Source of the DNA: a virus
Taxonomy: Duplodnaviria; Heunggongvirae; Uroviricota; Caudoviricetes
DNA length: 64,000 nucleotides
Strand: one strand, 5' to 3'
IMG/VR virus record: IMGVR_UViG_3300032103_000073
The stretch's first letter is position 1, and the number at the start of each line of letters is the position of its first letter. Both the position numbers and the translations under genes were made by a program. Below the pieces are notes generated by a model. That model had not been told where the DNA came from and did not search any database. It saw nothing but the letters and a program-made list of their open reading frames with translations. This document shows, piece by piece, positions 1 through 10,471 of the stretch.

Positions 1-51
1 ATGGCTTGTTAAGTAACAACGCAATTGGTAACGCTGTATAAAGGATAAAAC

Positions 52-735
52 ATGGCGGCATTAACTGACGCTATGAAGTGGTACAGTTTAGGCGGGCAAA
101 AAGCTGCCCGCCTAAAGTATCATTTTAAAGTTGAATTTTTTAGCAGTGGATATACTGAAAAATTAGGAGGAGCTTCAGCTCCTGCTCGTCTTATATTTGA
201 TTCGATTAGAACAATCGAATTACCGAAATACACAATTGAAACAGAAGTTGCAAACTCTTACAATGTAAGACAACTTGTGCCGACTAAAATTATATTTGAA
301 CCTATTAGCATTTCTTTTAACGATACACTAGACAACAGATTCCAAAAGTTCATAACAGCTTATATGGGAATTATTAGCGGAAGTTTTGCTAAATTAGATA
401 AGAGTGTAAGAACAGGATTTGACGATTTCGGTCTTAAGCTACTAGATACAAATAAAGATTGTCCGATAGACAAGATAGAAATTACTCGCTTCTACGGGGC
501 AGATGCAGATGTTAATGAGCTACAAAATAAGAGCAAAATAACACTATGGCGTCCTAAGATAGTTGATGTCCAACACGACACGCTGGATTATAGTGCAAGC
601 GAAGCTATAACATGGCAATTAAGTCTACGTTACGAAAGTGTTACCTATGATGAAGACGCAACCCCGGCACCTGGTGAAAAGCGCACACAGCAAGAATTAA
701 ATTATACTAAGAGCTTGGGAGACTTTGCAGGATGA
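52..735 (+). CDS. T4 gp19/gp54-like tail tube or baseplate tube-initiator protein
   Basis: F.VEF...IRTIELPKYTIETE..N.YN...PTKI.FEPISISFND and final L.LRYE pattern typical of the T4-like tail tube fold; SD GGA upstream. Confidence 0.6.
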   Translation: MAALTDAMKWYSLGGQKAARLKYHFKVEFFSSGYTEKLGGASAPARLIFDSIRTIELPKYTIETEVANSYNVRQLVPTKIIFEPISISFNDTLDNRFQKFITAYMGIISGSFAKLDKSVRTGFDDFGLKLLDTNKDCPIDKIEITRFYGADADVNELQNKSKITLWRPKIVDVQHDTLDYSASEAITWQLSLRYESVTYDEDATPAPGEKRTQQELNYTKSLGDFAG

Positions 736-1010
736 CATTAGAAACAGTTAAATTCGATCAAGTATATGGCAGGTTATTAACAGTAGGGCTTCATATCGAC
801 AAAGCTCGTGTGCTAGCAAAAACATTAATCGACATTAGTACAACACTTGGCATTGATATTAATGTATTGTTAAAGCAAGTAGATGCTAATGGCATGAGAT
901 TTGAAAACGAAGTATACAATCAATTAAACCAAGCAAGGACTAATAGTAGTCAATTGGGCTTTGTAGATTCTAGCAATATTCCTCCTGCAATATTACAACA
1001 GGTGGTATAA
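732..1010 (+). CDS. hypothetical protein
   Basis: ORF coupled (ATGA / TAATG overlaps) to both neighbours. Confidence 0.6.
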   Translation: MTLETVKFDQVYGRLLTVGLHIDKARVLAKTLIDISTTLGIDINVLLKQVDANGMRFENEVYNQLNQARTNSSQLGFVDSSNIPPAILQQVV

Positions 1011-1477
1011 TGGCTAATAACTATACACAGGGTTATTTTACGCCCCTAAACCCTAGTAAGTATATCGGTAACAACCAGCCTAAGTATCGCAGCGGCTGGG
1101 AATTGACAGTTATGAGATTTTGCGACACACACCCGGCAGTTATCGGCTGGGCAAGCGAATGTTTACGCATCCCTTATCGTAATCCTTTTACAGGTAAAGA
1201 TACTACTTACTATCCAGACTTCTTGATAAGTTATCAAGATAAGAATGGTAATAAGATTAGTGAAATTATTGAAGTAAAACCAAAAACTCAAGCAGTACTA
1301 GAGCTAGCAAAAAGCCAACAAGAAAAAGCCGCAGTTGTATTAAATATGGCTAAATGGGAAGCATGTAGAGCTTGGTGCCAACGACACGGGATGAAGTTTA
1401 GAATACTTACAGAAGAAGATATTTACCGAAATTGGCAACCGAGAAGCAAACCTAAACAAAAGCGAGCAAGAAAATGA
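1010..1477 (+). CDS. head completion nuclease, T4 gp4-like (TnsA-type PD-(D/E)xK)
   Basis: NPSKYIG..PKYRSGWE...FCD......WASE..IPY...YYPDF...EVKP motifs. Confidence 0.85.
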   Translation: MANNYTQGYFTPLNPSKYIGNNQPKYRSGWELTVMRFCDTHPAVIGWASECLRIPYRNPFTGKDTTYYPDFLISYQDKNGNKISEIIEVKPKTQAVLELAKSQQEKAAVVLNMAKWEACRAWCQRHGMKFRILTEEDIYRNWQPRSKPKQKRARK

Positions 1478-1989
1478 CAAAGAAACTAGAAGAATTTTTT
1501 AACTTAGATTCGGCGGAACCGGATCGTAGTGAAAGCACAAATGAAGACCAGTTGCCCTTAGCTGCAACTGAGCTAGTGCCAATGCCGGACACACTGACAA
1601 AGATTAAAGATCAACTAAGTGTAGCAACTAAAATAGATGAAGCACTACCGCAAGTTCGTGGACTAGAAACAGAGGACAGGGACTTAGACGACTATGCTAA
1701 TAAAGCAATGGATACATTTGAGCGTTTAATGGATTTAGGATTTAACGTAGATGACCGCAATGCCGGCAAAATATTTGAAGTTGCCAGCACAATGATGAAC
1801 AATGCTATAACAGCAAAAACAACCAAACTAGATAAAAAGCTAAAAATGGTTGAACTACAGTTAAAACTAGCAAGATTACAAAAAGATTTGGGCAAAGAAG
1901 AAGCCGCAGACGATAACAAGCCGGGTGAGTTAAGTACCGACCGTAATGCTATTCTTAACTTAATCAACCAAAACTTAAAGAAGCATTAA
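1474..1989 (+). CDS. hypothetical coiled-coil protein (possible small terminase subunit)
   Basis: Helical, located upstream of terL; small-terminase role inferred from position only. Confidence 0.35.
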   Translation: MTKKLEEFFNLDSAEPDRSESTNEDQLPLAATELVPMPDTLTKIKDQLSVATKIDEALPQVRGLETEDRDLDDYANKAMDTFERLMDLGFNVDDRNAGKIFEVASTMMNNAITAKTTKLDKKLKMVELQLKLARLQKDLGKEEAADDNKPGELSTDRNAILNLINQNLKKH

Positions 1990-2019
1990 ACACAGATAAA
2001 TAATGTATCGGAGAACACA

Positions 2020-2643
2020 ATGAAAACTCTATTTGAATACATAGAAACACTACAACAAAAGCACGATGTTCGCATTAAGCTAGCTTGCGAATGCAATGAC
2101 GACATGTGCGATCGAATTGAAAAGCACTTGGAAAAGTATGATGCTGAAAAAATTAGTCGTCCTAGTAAGACTATTTTACAACGCCGCCCGTTAGATTTCC
2201 CTAACATGGATATGGCAGAAGTTTATATTATAGATTTTACTAGCAACTTGCCAGTTAGTCCTGAGATGCTAAAACAAGAACTAGTAAAACTTCTAAATAT
2301 AAGCGAAGCTGAAATTGTAGTTCGTATGGCTAACGAGCCTCGCGAACTAGAAGCAGAGCATGACGAAGAAGGTGAAAAGTTCTTAAAAGAACCTAAAGAA
2401 GCCAAACCTTTACTAGGCACAGACTATAGCAAAGAAGAAGCTGCTGAAGAAAAAGCAACAGACTTATATGGCGACAAGTATAACAGTGCATTCTTAAAAG
2501 AATTGAAAAAACTTAGCGACGACCGCAAGAAAGAAACTAAAGCACCAAAGCTAAAGGATCCGGATGTTCCTGCAACAGCACCCGAGTTTGGTGATAGTAA
2601 AGCAACAAATACCAAGAGTCCTGTTGCAACTAGAAAGGAATAA
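2020..2643 (+). CDS. hypothetical late protein
   Basis: Long ORF with SD GGAG and upstream GATAAATA. Confidence 0.65.
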   Translation: MKTLFEYIETLQQKHDVRIKLACECNDDMCDRIEKHLEKYDAEKISRPSKTILQRRPLDFPNMDMAEVYIIDFTSNLPVSPEMLKQELVKLLNISEAEIVVRMANEPRELEAEHDEEGEKFLKEPKEAKPLLGTDYSKEEAAEEKATDLYGDKYNSAFLKELKKLSDDRKKETKAPKLKDPDVPATAPEFGDSKATNTKSPVATRKE

Positions 2644-2645
2644 TC

Positions 2646-3368
2646 ATGGATTTAGTAAAGTTATTAAGCAAGTTAAATGCTATCAGCGAAGAAAAGAAGC
2701 CCGATGCTGATAAAGACGGCGTACCTGATTGGGCAGATAAAAAAGCAGGCGATGACGACACTGAAGAAAAGTCTAAAGCCAATGAAGACATTTTTAATGT
2801 GCTAAAAGGTCTAAAAGCCATACAAGAAGGCAATACAGAAGAACAAATCGACGAATGTGGCGAAATGGAGATGAGTCCTTTAACTGCACCTGATGCTGGA
2901 ATCGAAATGCAACCTATGGCTGCAATGATTCATGCAGAACCAGATGGTGACGAAATGCCAGCATTTGCAGCAGAACCTGAAGAAGCTGCTGCACGTTATA
3001 CACTAAGCATACAAAACGGTGACAGCAACTTAAACATGACTACTGATGTTCCCGATGAAATTATTCATATCATGAAGTTAGCAGGCGTACAAGGAAAAGC
3101 CGAAGTAAAGCCAGCTGAACAGGAACAAGCCGGTGAAGAACAGCCAGAAGCAGAAGAAAAAGAAGTCGACGAAGCATGGGGAAACACTCCAGCTGCAACT
3201 AAAGAAAAAGAACCAAAAGCCTATGGTGACATTCGCGACTGGGCGTTAAAGGGTACAGGACAAGGCAAGCCAGGTTATGGTGACCGTCGCGCTCCTGGAC
3301 AAGGCGACAATCCTATGAGCGAAAGCTATATGATGGAAGAATATAAACTGTTTAAATCTGGAAAATGA
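2646..3368 (+). CDS. acidic hypothetical protein with DADKDGVPD Ca-binding-like motif
   Basis: ORF with SD AAGGA; single DxDxDG motif. Confidence 0.55.
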   Translation: MDLVKLLSKLNAISEEKKPDADKDGVPDWADKKAGDDDTEEKSKANEDIFNVLKGLKAIQEGNTEEQIDECGEMEMSPLTAPDAGIEMQPMAAMIHAEPDGDEMPAFAAEPEEAAARYTLSIQNGDSNLNMTTDVPDEIIHIMKLAGVQGKAEVKPAEQEQAGEEQPEAEEKEVDEAWGNTPAATKEKEPKAYGDIRDWALKGTGQGKPGYGDRRAPGQGDNPMSESYMMEEYKLFKSGK

Positions 3369-4900
3369 GTGGCACCCCGGTTTTAGTCAAACAGCCTTAT
3401 AAAAAAGAAAGCTACACGGACAGGCAGATAGCGGAGATTGTAAAAGCCGCTACTGATCCTGTTTACTTTATCAGCGAGTACATGTGGATTCAGCATCCTA
3501 CAAAAGGGCGAGTAAAGTTTGAACTATATGATTATCAAGTAGACCTAATCAAATGCTATCACGAAAACCGTTATAGCATAAACATGCTAGGTCGCCAAAT
3601 GGGTAAATCTACTTGCGCAGCTGGCTATTTACTTTGGTATGCCATGTTTGTTCCCGACAGTACGATTCTTATTGCTGCACACAAGTATACAGGTAGTCAG
3701 GAAATCATGCAGCGTGTCCGCTTCATGTATGAAAACTTACCCGAATGGATTAAAGCTGGCGCAACTAGCTACAACAAAGGTAGCATTGATTTTGACAACG
3801 GCTCGCGTATTGTAAGTGCTACAACAACAGAAAACACAGGTCGTGGTATGAGTATTACACTAGTTTACCTAGACGAGTTTGCCTTCGTTCCGCCTCGTAT
3901 TGCTAAAGAGTTTTGGACTGCTCTAAGCCCAACACTAGCAACAGGTGGTAAGTGTATTATTACCAGCACACCTAACCAAGACAACGACCAGTTTGCGCAG
4001 ATCTGGAATGAAGCTAACAAGAAAGTAGATGCCTACGGCAACGAGCAAAAAGTTGGTAAAAACGGATTTGCCAGCATCATGTATATATGGAAAGATCATC
4101 CAGATAGAGATCATGCATGGGGCGAAACCGAACGAAGTAAAATTGGCGAAGAACGTTTCCTCCGAGAACACGAGTGTGTATTCATTACAGCAGATGAAAC
4201 GTTGGTAAACAGCATGATGCTGACTAACTTGGAAATAATGGAACCTCTTAAAAAGGTAGGACAGCTTAGAGTGTTTACGCCTATTGAAAAAGAATTTACC
4301 TATGTAGTGTCTTGGGATCCTAGTCTAGGTACCGGCAGCGACCCTGCTGCGATTGAAGTATTTAGGCTACCTGACCTACAGCAAGTAGCAGAATGGCAGC
4401 ACAATAAAACAGATGTCCGCGGACAGCTACGTATGCTAGTGACAATTTTAGACTATATTAAAGAGTCGGGTATTGAATCTGATAGCTTATATTGGAGCGT
4501 AGAAAATAATACACTGGGCGAAGCAGCACTAGTAGCCATTACAGAATACGGCGAAGAACGTATCCCTGGCTACTTTTTAAGTGAGCCGGGCGCAAAACGT
4601 CGCGGCTTTAACACAACTAACAAAAGCAAGTTAGCAGCCTGTACCAAGCTCAAGTATTATATTGAATCAGGTAAGATGGTGCCAAAAAGCAAAAACCTAA
4701 TACAAGAGCTTAAGACCTTTGTTGCCCATGGTGCTAGCTTTGCAGCCAAAGAAGGTGAAACAGATGATTTGGTAATGGCTACGCTGCTAGCAGTTAGAGT
4801 TATTGAACACCTAATGAAGTATGACGAAAAGACCTATGCACGTTTAGTAGAGCGACATAGTGATGATTTTGTGGCTCCTATGCCGATAGGCATTTTATAA
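3365..4900 (+). CDS. terL: terminase large subunit (T4 gp17-like)
   Basis: GRQMGKS Walker A, LDEFAF Walker B, ITSTPN coupling motif, C-terminal RNase H-like WDPS...DDLVMA. Confidence 0.95.
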   Translation: MSGTPVLVKQPYKKESYTDRQIAEIVKAATDPVYFISEYMWIQHPTKGRVKFELYDYQVDLIKCYHENRYSINMLGRQMGKSTCAAGYLLWYAMFVPDSTILIAAHKYTGSQEIMQRVRFMYENLPEWIKAGATSYNKGSIDFDNGSRIVSATTTENTGRGMSITLVYLDEFAFVPPRIAKEFWTALSPTLATGGKCIITSTPNQDNDQFAQIWNEANKKVDAYGNEQKVGKNGFASIMYIWKDHPDRDHAWGETERSKIGEERFLREHECVFITADETLVNSMMLTNLEIMEPLKKVGQLRVFTPIEKEFTYVVSWDPSLGTGSDPAAIEVFRLPDLQQVAEWQHNKTDVRGQLRMLVTILDYIKESGIESDSLYWSVENNTLGEAALVAITEYGEERIPGYFLSEPGAKRRGFNTTNKSKLAACTKLKYYIESGKMVPKSKNLIQELKTFVAHGASFAAKEGETDDLVMATLLAVRVIEHLMKYDEKTYARLVERHSDDFVAPMPIGIL

Positions 4901-4920
4901 ACATCTGGCTAAATACACGT

Positions 4921-6186
4921 ATGGCAATTGATTTTAATACCGTAGCAGATAGAGTATTTGACCAGCTAAAAGGCTTTGGTCACAGCATTACTATTTTTGA
5001 CGAAAACGGCAAGCAAACCGTAAACGCAGCAGAAGGACGTTATTTTTATAGCACCGACCAAAAGTTTACAGTTGAGATAAACCAAGACGAAAGCGTTATT
5101 AAGATTAAGTACGGTGAGGGGACAGATCCTGCACGTATGCAAAAATTGCAAAGCACTATTCGCAATGGAATTGCAAAGAAATTTATTTTAGGTGTGGACC
5201 TTAGACCTTATACAGGCAAGGACATTGAACCAAAGGATGTAGAAAATATGGTTAAAGTTCAAGAAAGTTTAGGCCCAGTTGCTGGTTCTATGAAAACAAG
5301 TTATCAGCAAACAGAGGGTGCAAAACTAATTATAAGACACAGCAAGCCTGTAAATGAAGAAGTTCGCGGTAGCCGCAGCAGAAACATTCACGCATTGTTT
5401 ATAGAAAACGCTCAGGGAGAACGATTCCGTTATCCTCACATCCATTTGGCAGCGGCTAGAACTATGACTCAGCACGTAGCAGAAGGTGGCACACCTTATG
5501 ACGACGTTGGTCAAAAAATTATCAGCCTAAGTGAAGAACGTGGTCAACTACTTCAAGTAGCACGTTATATCAAATCAAACGGACTCAACGAACAGGCTAG
5601 CGATGTGCAGTTTGCAGTTGGTCAGCGTTTAGGTGATATCAAAGGATTGTTAAGTGGTAGATTTAGCGCAGAGCGACTAGCTAAAGATGTTCACGAAGCA
5701 GACGAAACAAATCTGGAAGCACTACAAGAAAAACTAACCAAAAACGTATTTGACGAAAACATCGGCACATTATTACCAAAATTAAATGGCTATATGAAAT
5801 CTTATCAAGCACAAATGGAAGCAACTAAGGCATTTGATTCATTAAAACAACAAGTAGAAGAAGCAACAAGCATAGCAGTTAGTGCTATTCCAGATTTAGA
5901 TTTTAGCAGCGTAGTAGTTTATGAAAGCCCGACCGTCAATACAACTGAGTTGATCAATTTGGTTTTACCGGTTCTAGAAGACCAAACGGTTAAAGCAGCG
6001 CTAACAGCAGTAAGCGAGCATGTTGCCGAAGGACGTTTAGATCCAGCAGCAGTTGAAAACTTAACTCGCGGTATCATTGGAAAATGCAGCCGCCAAACTG
6101 CTATGGAAGATAGCCGTTATGAAGTTGGTGCAATGTTTGAAACAGCATTACGCAAGTTCAGCGTTGAAGAAATATTGAAATCGTGA
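4921..6186 (+). CDS. hypothetical late (probably virion) protein
   Basis: 421-aa ORF after CTAAATA late-type motif. Confidence 0.6.
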   Translation: MAIDFNTVADRVFDQLKGFGHSITIFDENGKQTVNAAEGRYFYSTDQKFTVEINQDESVIKIKYGEGTDPARMQKLQSTIRNGIAKKFILGVDLRPYTGKDIEPKDVENMVKVQESLGPVAGSMKTSYQQTEGAKLIIRHSKPVNEEVRGSRSRNIHALFIENAQGERFRYPHIHLAAARTMTQHVAEGGTPYDDVGQKIISLSEERGQLLQVARYIKSNGLNEQASDVQFAVGQRLGDIKGLLSGRFSAERLAKDVHEADETNLEALQEKLTKNVFDENIGTLLPKLNGYMKSYQAQMEATKAFDSLKQQVEEATSIAVSAIPDLDFSSVVVYESPTVNTTELINLVLPVLEDQTVKAALTAVSEHVAEGRLDPAAVENLTRGIIGKCSRQTAMEDSRYEVGAMFETALRKFSVEEILKS

Positions 6187-6335
6187 TATAAATATATTCA
6201 AGAGCAATTTAGCCAAAAGGACAAATTGCTCTTGATTTAGCAAGCAATAGTTTGCTACAATCGTTCATGAGACACTTGTTTCATGATCCAGGCACAAAAT
6301 AGGTTAAACCCTGGCACTTACTAAGGAAAAATATT

Positions 6336-7346
6336 ATGGCAACATTAGCAGAAATCCGCGCTCGTCTACTCGAGCAAGAAAACCGTACAAACGGCAACAA
6401 ACAAGGTGGCACAACAGACAATGCTATCTTCCCGTTCTGGAACATCCCAGAAAATTCAACAGCAGTTATTCGTTTCCTACCTGATGGAGATGAGTCTAAC
6501 ACATTCCCATGGCGCGAACGCCAAATGATCAACTTGGAATTTGCCGGCGTTAAAGGTGGCGATGAAAGTAAGCGCGTGACAGTTAAAGTCCCATGTATGG
6601 AAATGTGGAAAGAAACTTGCCCAATCCATGCAGAGATTCGCCCTTGGTTCAAGGATAAGAGTTTGGAAGACTTGGGTCGCAAGTATTGGAAGAAAAAGTC
6701 TTACATCTTCCAAGGCTTTGTTGTAAACAGCAGCCTAAGCGAAGAAAGCCTTCCGGAAAATTCAATCCGTCGCTTTGTTATCAACACAAGTATCTTTAAT
6801 ATTGTTAAAGGTGCGTTGATGGATCCGGATATGGAAAGTTTGTTTACAGACTACGAAAACGGCACAGACTTCCGTTTGACAAAGACAACTAAAGGTCAAT
6901 ACGCAGACTACTCTACCAGTAGCTTTGCACGTAAAGAACGTGGCCTAAACGAAGTTGAGTTGCAAGCTATTGCTACACATGGTTTGTATAACTTAAACGA
7001 CTTCATGCCAAAGAAGCCTACCAAGGAAGAAGTGGACATGATTTATGAAATGTTCAAAGCCAGCGTTGATGGCGAGTTGTATGATCCTGCACGTTGGGGG
7101 AATCACTTCCGTCCGGGCGGCGTAAATCTTGGCAACTTGATCCCAGCCAATGGCAGCGAAGATGCACCAGCCCGTCCAGCAGCTCCTGCACCAGCAGCCA
7201 AACCAGCTGTTGTAGCAGCTAAACCAGCTGTTGTAGCCGACGAGGACGATGAGCCTCCATTTGATGTAGATGGTGGAGCAGCACCTGAAGCTAAAAAGAA
7301 TGTCAACGACATTCTTGCAATGATTCGTAATCGTCAACAAAAGTAA
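6336..7346 (+). CDS. 32: single-stranded DNA-binding protein, T4 gp32-like
   Basis: AVIRFLPDGD, C....ETCPI, YWKKKSY, GTDFRLTKT..GQYADY motifs, Ala/Pro linker and acidic tail. Confidence 0.9.
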   Translation: MATLAEIRARLLEQENRTNGNKQGGTTDNAIFPFWNIPENSTAVIRFLPDGDESNTFPWRERQMINLEFAGVKGGDESKRVTVKVPCMEMWKETCPIHAEIRPWFKDKSLEDLGRKYWKKKSYIFQGFVVNSSLSEESLPENSIRRFVINTSIFNIVKGALMDPDMESLFTDYENGTDFRLTKTTKGQYADYSTSSFARKERGLNEVELQAIATHGLYNLNDFMPKKPTKEEVDMIYEMFKASVDGELYDPARWGNHFRPGGVNLGNLIPANGSEDAPARPAAPAPAAKPAVVAAKPAVVADEDDEPPFDVDGGAAPEAKKNVNDILAMIRNRQQK

Positions 7347-7377
7347 ATGGGATGGGGGCTAGTCCCCTATTTTAATC

Positions 7378-7638
7378 ATGACACTACCAGACGAACGATA
7401 TCGTGCTGTAATTCAAACTAGAAAATTTTTAGAAGAATTACTAACAACCCCGCGCCTTCCGTCAGCAGTTAAGAATACTGCAAGATGGTGTTTGCGACAT
7501 TATCCTACTGATTGGGATATGAAAGTTGCAACACGTGATTGTCCTGATATATTCCAAGAACGCATGGAACCGTTGACAAGGATGTTAGAAGTTTATAAAA
7601 TAGAACAAAAGGAAGAAAACAATGACAAAGCCCTTTGA
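7378..7638 (+). CDS. small conserved phage protein (BPSL0761-like)
   Basis: MTLPDERYRAV...FL..L...PRLP..V...AR.CLRHYP pattern. Confidence 0.55.
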   Translation: MTLPDERYRAVIQTRKFLEELLTTPRLPSAVKNTARWCLRHYPTDWDMKVATRDCPDIFQERMEPLTRMLEVYKIEQKEENNDKAL

Positions 7639-7676
7639 TTTGATAAATAAACAGTATAGTTATAAGGAACCTTACT

Positions 7677-8306
7677 GTGTATCAATCTTATGTTTATCGA
7701 GTCATTAATTCTATCACTAATCAATTCTATATAGGATCACGGACAGAAAATGTTACTAAATGTAGGCACCCTGAAGATGATTTGTGGAAATATTATTTCA
7801 CATCATCTAAAAGGGTTAAACAGATGATAGCAGAATATGGCTTAGATTCTTTCGTTGTTGAGATATTATCTAAGCACGATTCGTATGAAGAATGTTTCTG
7901 GGAAGAACAGCGTTTAATTTTAGAAAGCAAGCATAATCCTTTGAGACTCAATAAAGCATATGTAGATCCATCAACTGGTACAAAGGTATTGACTAGTTAT
8001 AATGAGACAGAAGAAGAAAAAAATTCCAGGATGAAAAAAATGTCCAAAACAAAAAAAGGAAAATTTAATTCAAATGGACATTATGGACTAAGACACACCG
8101 AAGAAACCAAGCAAAAAATACGAGAATCACAAGCTAAGTTGGGTTATACTCACTCTGAAGAAGCTAAACAAAAAATGCGCGGCAGAGTAAGGACGGAAGA
8201 ACACGCTAAAAAGTTAAGCGAATCAAAAAAAGGAAAGCCGTGGTCCGAAGCTCGACGGCTTGCTCAATTAAATAGAAAAGGAAAAAATCATGGCTCGCCC
8301 ATTTGA
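7677..8306 (+). mobile_element. free-standing GIY-YIG homing endonuclease with NUMOD3 repeats (Seg-like)
   Basis: YVYRVINSITNQFYIGSR; HTEETKQKI / HSEEAKQKM / KGKPWSE repeats; GTG start with SD AAGGA; late motif GATAAATA at 7642. Confidence 0.85.
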
Positions 8307-9360
8307 TGTAAGTAAATTTAGAAAAAGCATTACTAAGAGCATTGACGGCCTTAGTATTGGCTTTAACGATCCTACAGATTGGATCTCAACCGGCAACTAT
8401 ACACTTAACTACCTAATTAGCGGAGACTTTTTTAAAGGCGTACCTATGGGTAAGGTTACTGTGTTTGCAGGTGAATCGGGTGCAGGTAAGTCGTACATCT
8501 GCTCAGGTAACCTGATCCGTCACGCACAAGAACAAGGCATTTATGTTGTTCTTATTGATAGCGAAAACGCACTCGATGAAGCATGGCTGCATGCACTTGG
8601 TGTTGATACAAGTGAACAAAAGCTACTAAAACTTAACATGGCTATGATTGACGACGTAGCTAAGACTATTACTCAATTCGTTGCAGATTACAAAACCTTA
8701 CCCGAAGACGAACGCCCGAAAGTATTGTTTGTTATCGACAGCTTGGGTATGTTGCTAACACCTACTGACGTTAATCAGTTTGAAGCAGGTGACTTGAAAG
8801 GTGACATGGGTCGTAAGCCTAAAGCACTTACAGCACTGGTTCGTAACTGTGTTAACATGTTTGGTAACCTAAACATTGGTCTAGTTGCAACTAACCACAC
8901 CTACGCAAGTCAGGACATGTTTGACCCTGATGACAAGATCTCCGGCGGTCAAGGCTTTATCTATGCAAGTTCAATCGTTGTTGCTATGCGTAAGTTGAAG
9001 TTGAAGCTAGACGAAGACGGTAATAAGACTACTACAGTTAACGGTATCCGTGCTAGTTGTAAGATTATGAAAACTCGTTATGCTAAACCGTTCGAGTCAG
9101 TTCACGTGCAGATTCCATACAGCACTGGTATGAGTCCTTACAGCGGTTTGTTTGACATGCTAGAAGAACGCGGCAGTCTAAAGCGTGAAGGCAATAGTTA
9201 TCTATACACAACTAAGGATGGCGAAATCTTTAAGGCCATGCGTAAAGGCTGGACTAATGATTTGCTAGATAAAGTCATGGCAGACATCATGCTGAGAGAT
9301 TTGACAGCGGAAGTAAATACAGCAGAAGTTGCTAAGGAGGAATTGGCAGATGCTGCATGA
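8290..9360 (+). CDS. uvsX: RecA-like recombinase UvsX
   Basis: AGESGAGKS Walker A, VLIDSENALD, VIDSLG, GGQGFIYASS, KTRYAKPF. Confidence 0.95.
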   Translation: MARPFDVSKFRKSITKSIDGLSIGFNDPTDWISTGNYTLNYLISGDFFKGVPMGKVTVFAGESGAGKSYICSGNLIRHAQEQGIYVVLIDSENALDEAWLHALGVDTSEQKLLKLNMAMIDDVAKTITQFVADYKTLPEDERPKVLFVIDSLGMLLTPTDVNQFEAGDLKGDMGRKPKALTALVRNCVNMFGNLNIGLVATNHTYASQDMFDPDDKISGGQGFIYASSIVVAMRKLKLKLDEDGNKTTTVNGIRASCKIMKTRYAKPFESVHVQIPYSTGMSPYSGLFDMLEERGSLKREGNSYLYTTKDGEIFKAMRKGWTNDLLDKVMADIMLRDLTAEVNTAEVAKEELADAA

Positions 9361-9613
9361 AGATGAAGTTAATCTTATTGTAGACGCTTGGGAAAGTGTT
9401 AAGATTTATATTGATAAAAAAGAGCGTTATGATGCTGCTAGTGCATTGTTGCGTAGTTTAGAAAATCACTATGAAATGGATAGTGTTGCAGAAGAACTTC
9501 GTGGTAATGACTCGGTACTAGATGCAGTTATTACAGACATTTATGGTCTAGCAGATTCGGGTGATGATAACTATGACGATAGTGACTATGACTGCGATTA
9601 CGACGACGAATGA
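9350..9613 (+). CDS. acidic hypothetical protein
   Basis: ATG at 9350 with SD AAGGAGG. Confidence 0.65.
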   Translation: MLHEDEVNLIVDAWESVKIYIDKKERYDAASALLRSLENHYEMDSVAEELRGNDSVLDAVITDIYGLADSGDDNYDDSDYDCDYDDE

Positions 9614-10071
9614 GTAATTGGTATAGACGAGTATCCGACGATGTTAGCACATTGCCGGATGCTATATCCTACTTCGAAGCTGAATTGGTTAGTGCCCGAA
9701 TGGAAACTAGCCTTAAAGGCAACTTGGAATCCAACGCTAGGCTAATGCCCGGCGTTGTTGAACATAGGTTTAACCAACTGCAAGAAGTTGAAGCCATACT
9801 TGAATGGCTCAACATACAGTTACGAAAAAAGCGTAGCGAAGTCTTTAAGAAGTTTATTGAAAACTACAACAGGGCACTAAGCAGCCGTGATGCTGAGAAA
9901 TATGTCGACGGTGATGCCGAAGTTTATCAATGGCAATTATTGATAAACGAGTTTGCTATGATTCGTAACAAGTATCTTGGCTTGATGAAGGCTATTGATG
10001 CGAAACAGTTCCAAATAAACAACATTACAAAACTCCGTGTTGCCGGCATGGAAGATACTACACTAGGTTAA
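9610..10071 (+). CDS. uvsY: recombination mediator UvsY
   Basis: Helical; SSRDAEKYVDGD and KQFQINNITKLRVAGMED motifs; next to uvsX. Confidence 0.8.
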   Translation: MSNWYRRVSDDVSTLPDAISYFEAELVSARMETSLKGNLESNARLMPGVVEHRFNQLQEVEAILEWLNIQLRKKRSEVFKKFIENYNRALSSRDAEKYVDGDAEVYQWQLLINEFAMIRNKYLGLMKAIDAKQFQINNITKLRVAGMEDTTLG

Positions 10072-10100
10072 TTGACACAAATTGGTTTGGGTGCTATAAT
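10072..10100 (+). promoter_or_regulatory. sigma70-like early promoter
   Basis: TTGACA-17 nt-TATAAT. Confidence 0.85.
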
Positions 10101-10132
10101 ACATACATAGCGTAACAAAACAGGAGTCGGTT

Positions 10133-10372
10133 ATGATCAAGCGTTTTAAAGCAGGCCAAAAGTTTCGTATTGTGTCTGGATACGCTAGCTTCTACGCTAC
10201 TGCAAAACAAATTCGCAACGGTGTCGGTGATATGTCGGCGTTTAATTTCGCCGCGCAGAAGTGTTTGGATGTGTTAGAAGCTCAACGAAACGGCACCGAT
10301 ATCCTAGCAACTTCCACTGGACTTGCTGGCAACTGGAATGGTATTGTAATCCAGCTCGACATGGCTAGTTAA
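10133..10372 (+). CDS. early hypothetical protein
   Basis: SD AGGAG; downstream of promoter 10072. Confidence 0.7.
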   Translation: MIKRFKAGQKFRIVSGYASFYATAKQIRNGVGDMSAFNFAAQKCLDVLEAQRNGTDILATSTGLAGNWNGIVIQLDMAS

Positions 10373-10401
10373 TTGACACAAAATATAGCAGATGGTATAA
10401 T
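10373..10401 (+). promoter_or_regulatory. sigma70-like early promoter
   Basis: TTGACA-17 nt-TATAAT. Confidence 0.85.
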
Positions 10402-10471
10402 ACATACATGTCAGCAAAGAATAGTTCTAAGCGGCATACTTTAGAGGCCTTGAGCCAGAAAGAAACTTATC

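Noticed and set aside
7195-7240. 21-nt tandem repeat in gp32
   Set aside because: It encodes an ordinary AAKPAVV low-complexity linker.
7622-7708. 28-aa ORF MTKPFDLINKQ... as a functional peptide
   Set aside because: Better explained as the remnant uvsX start running into the endonuclease promoter region.
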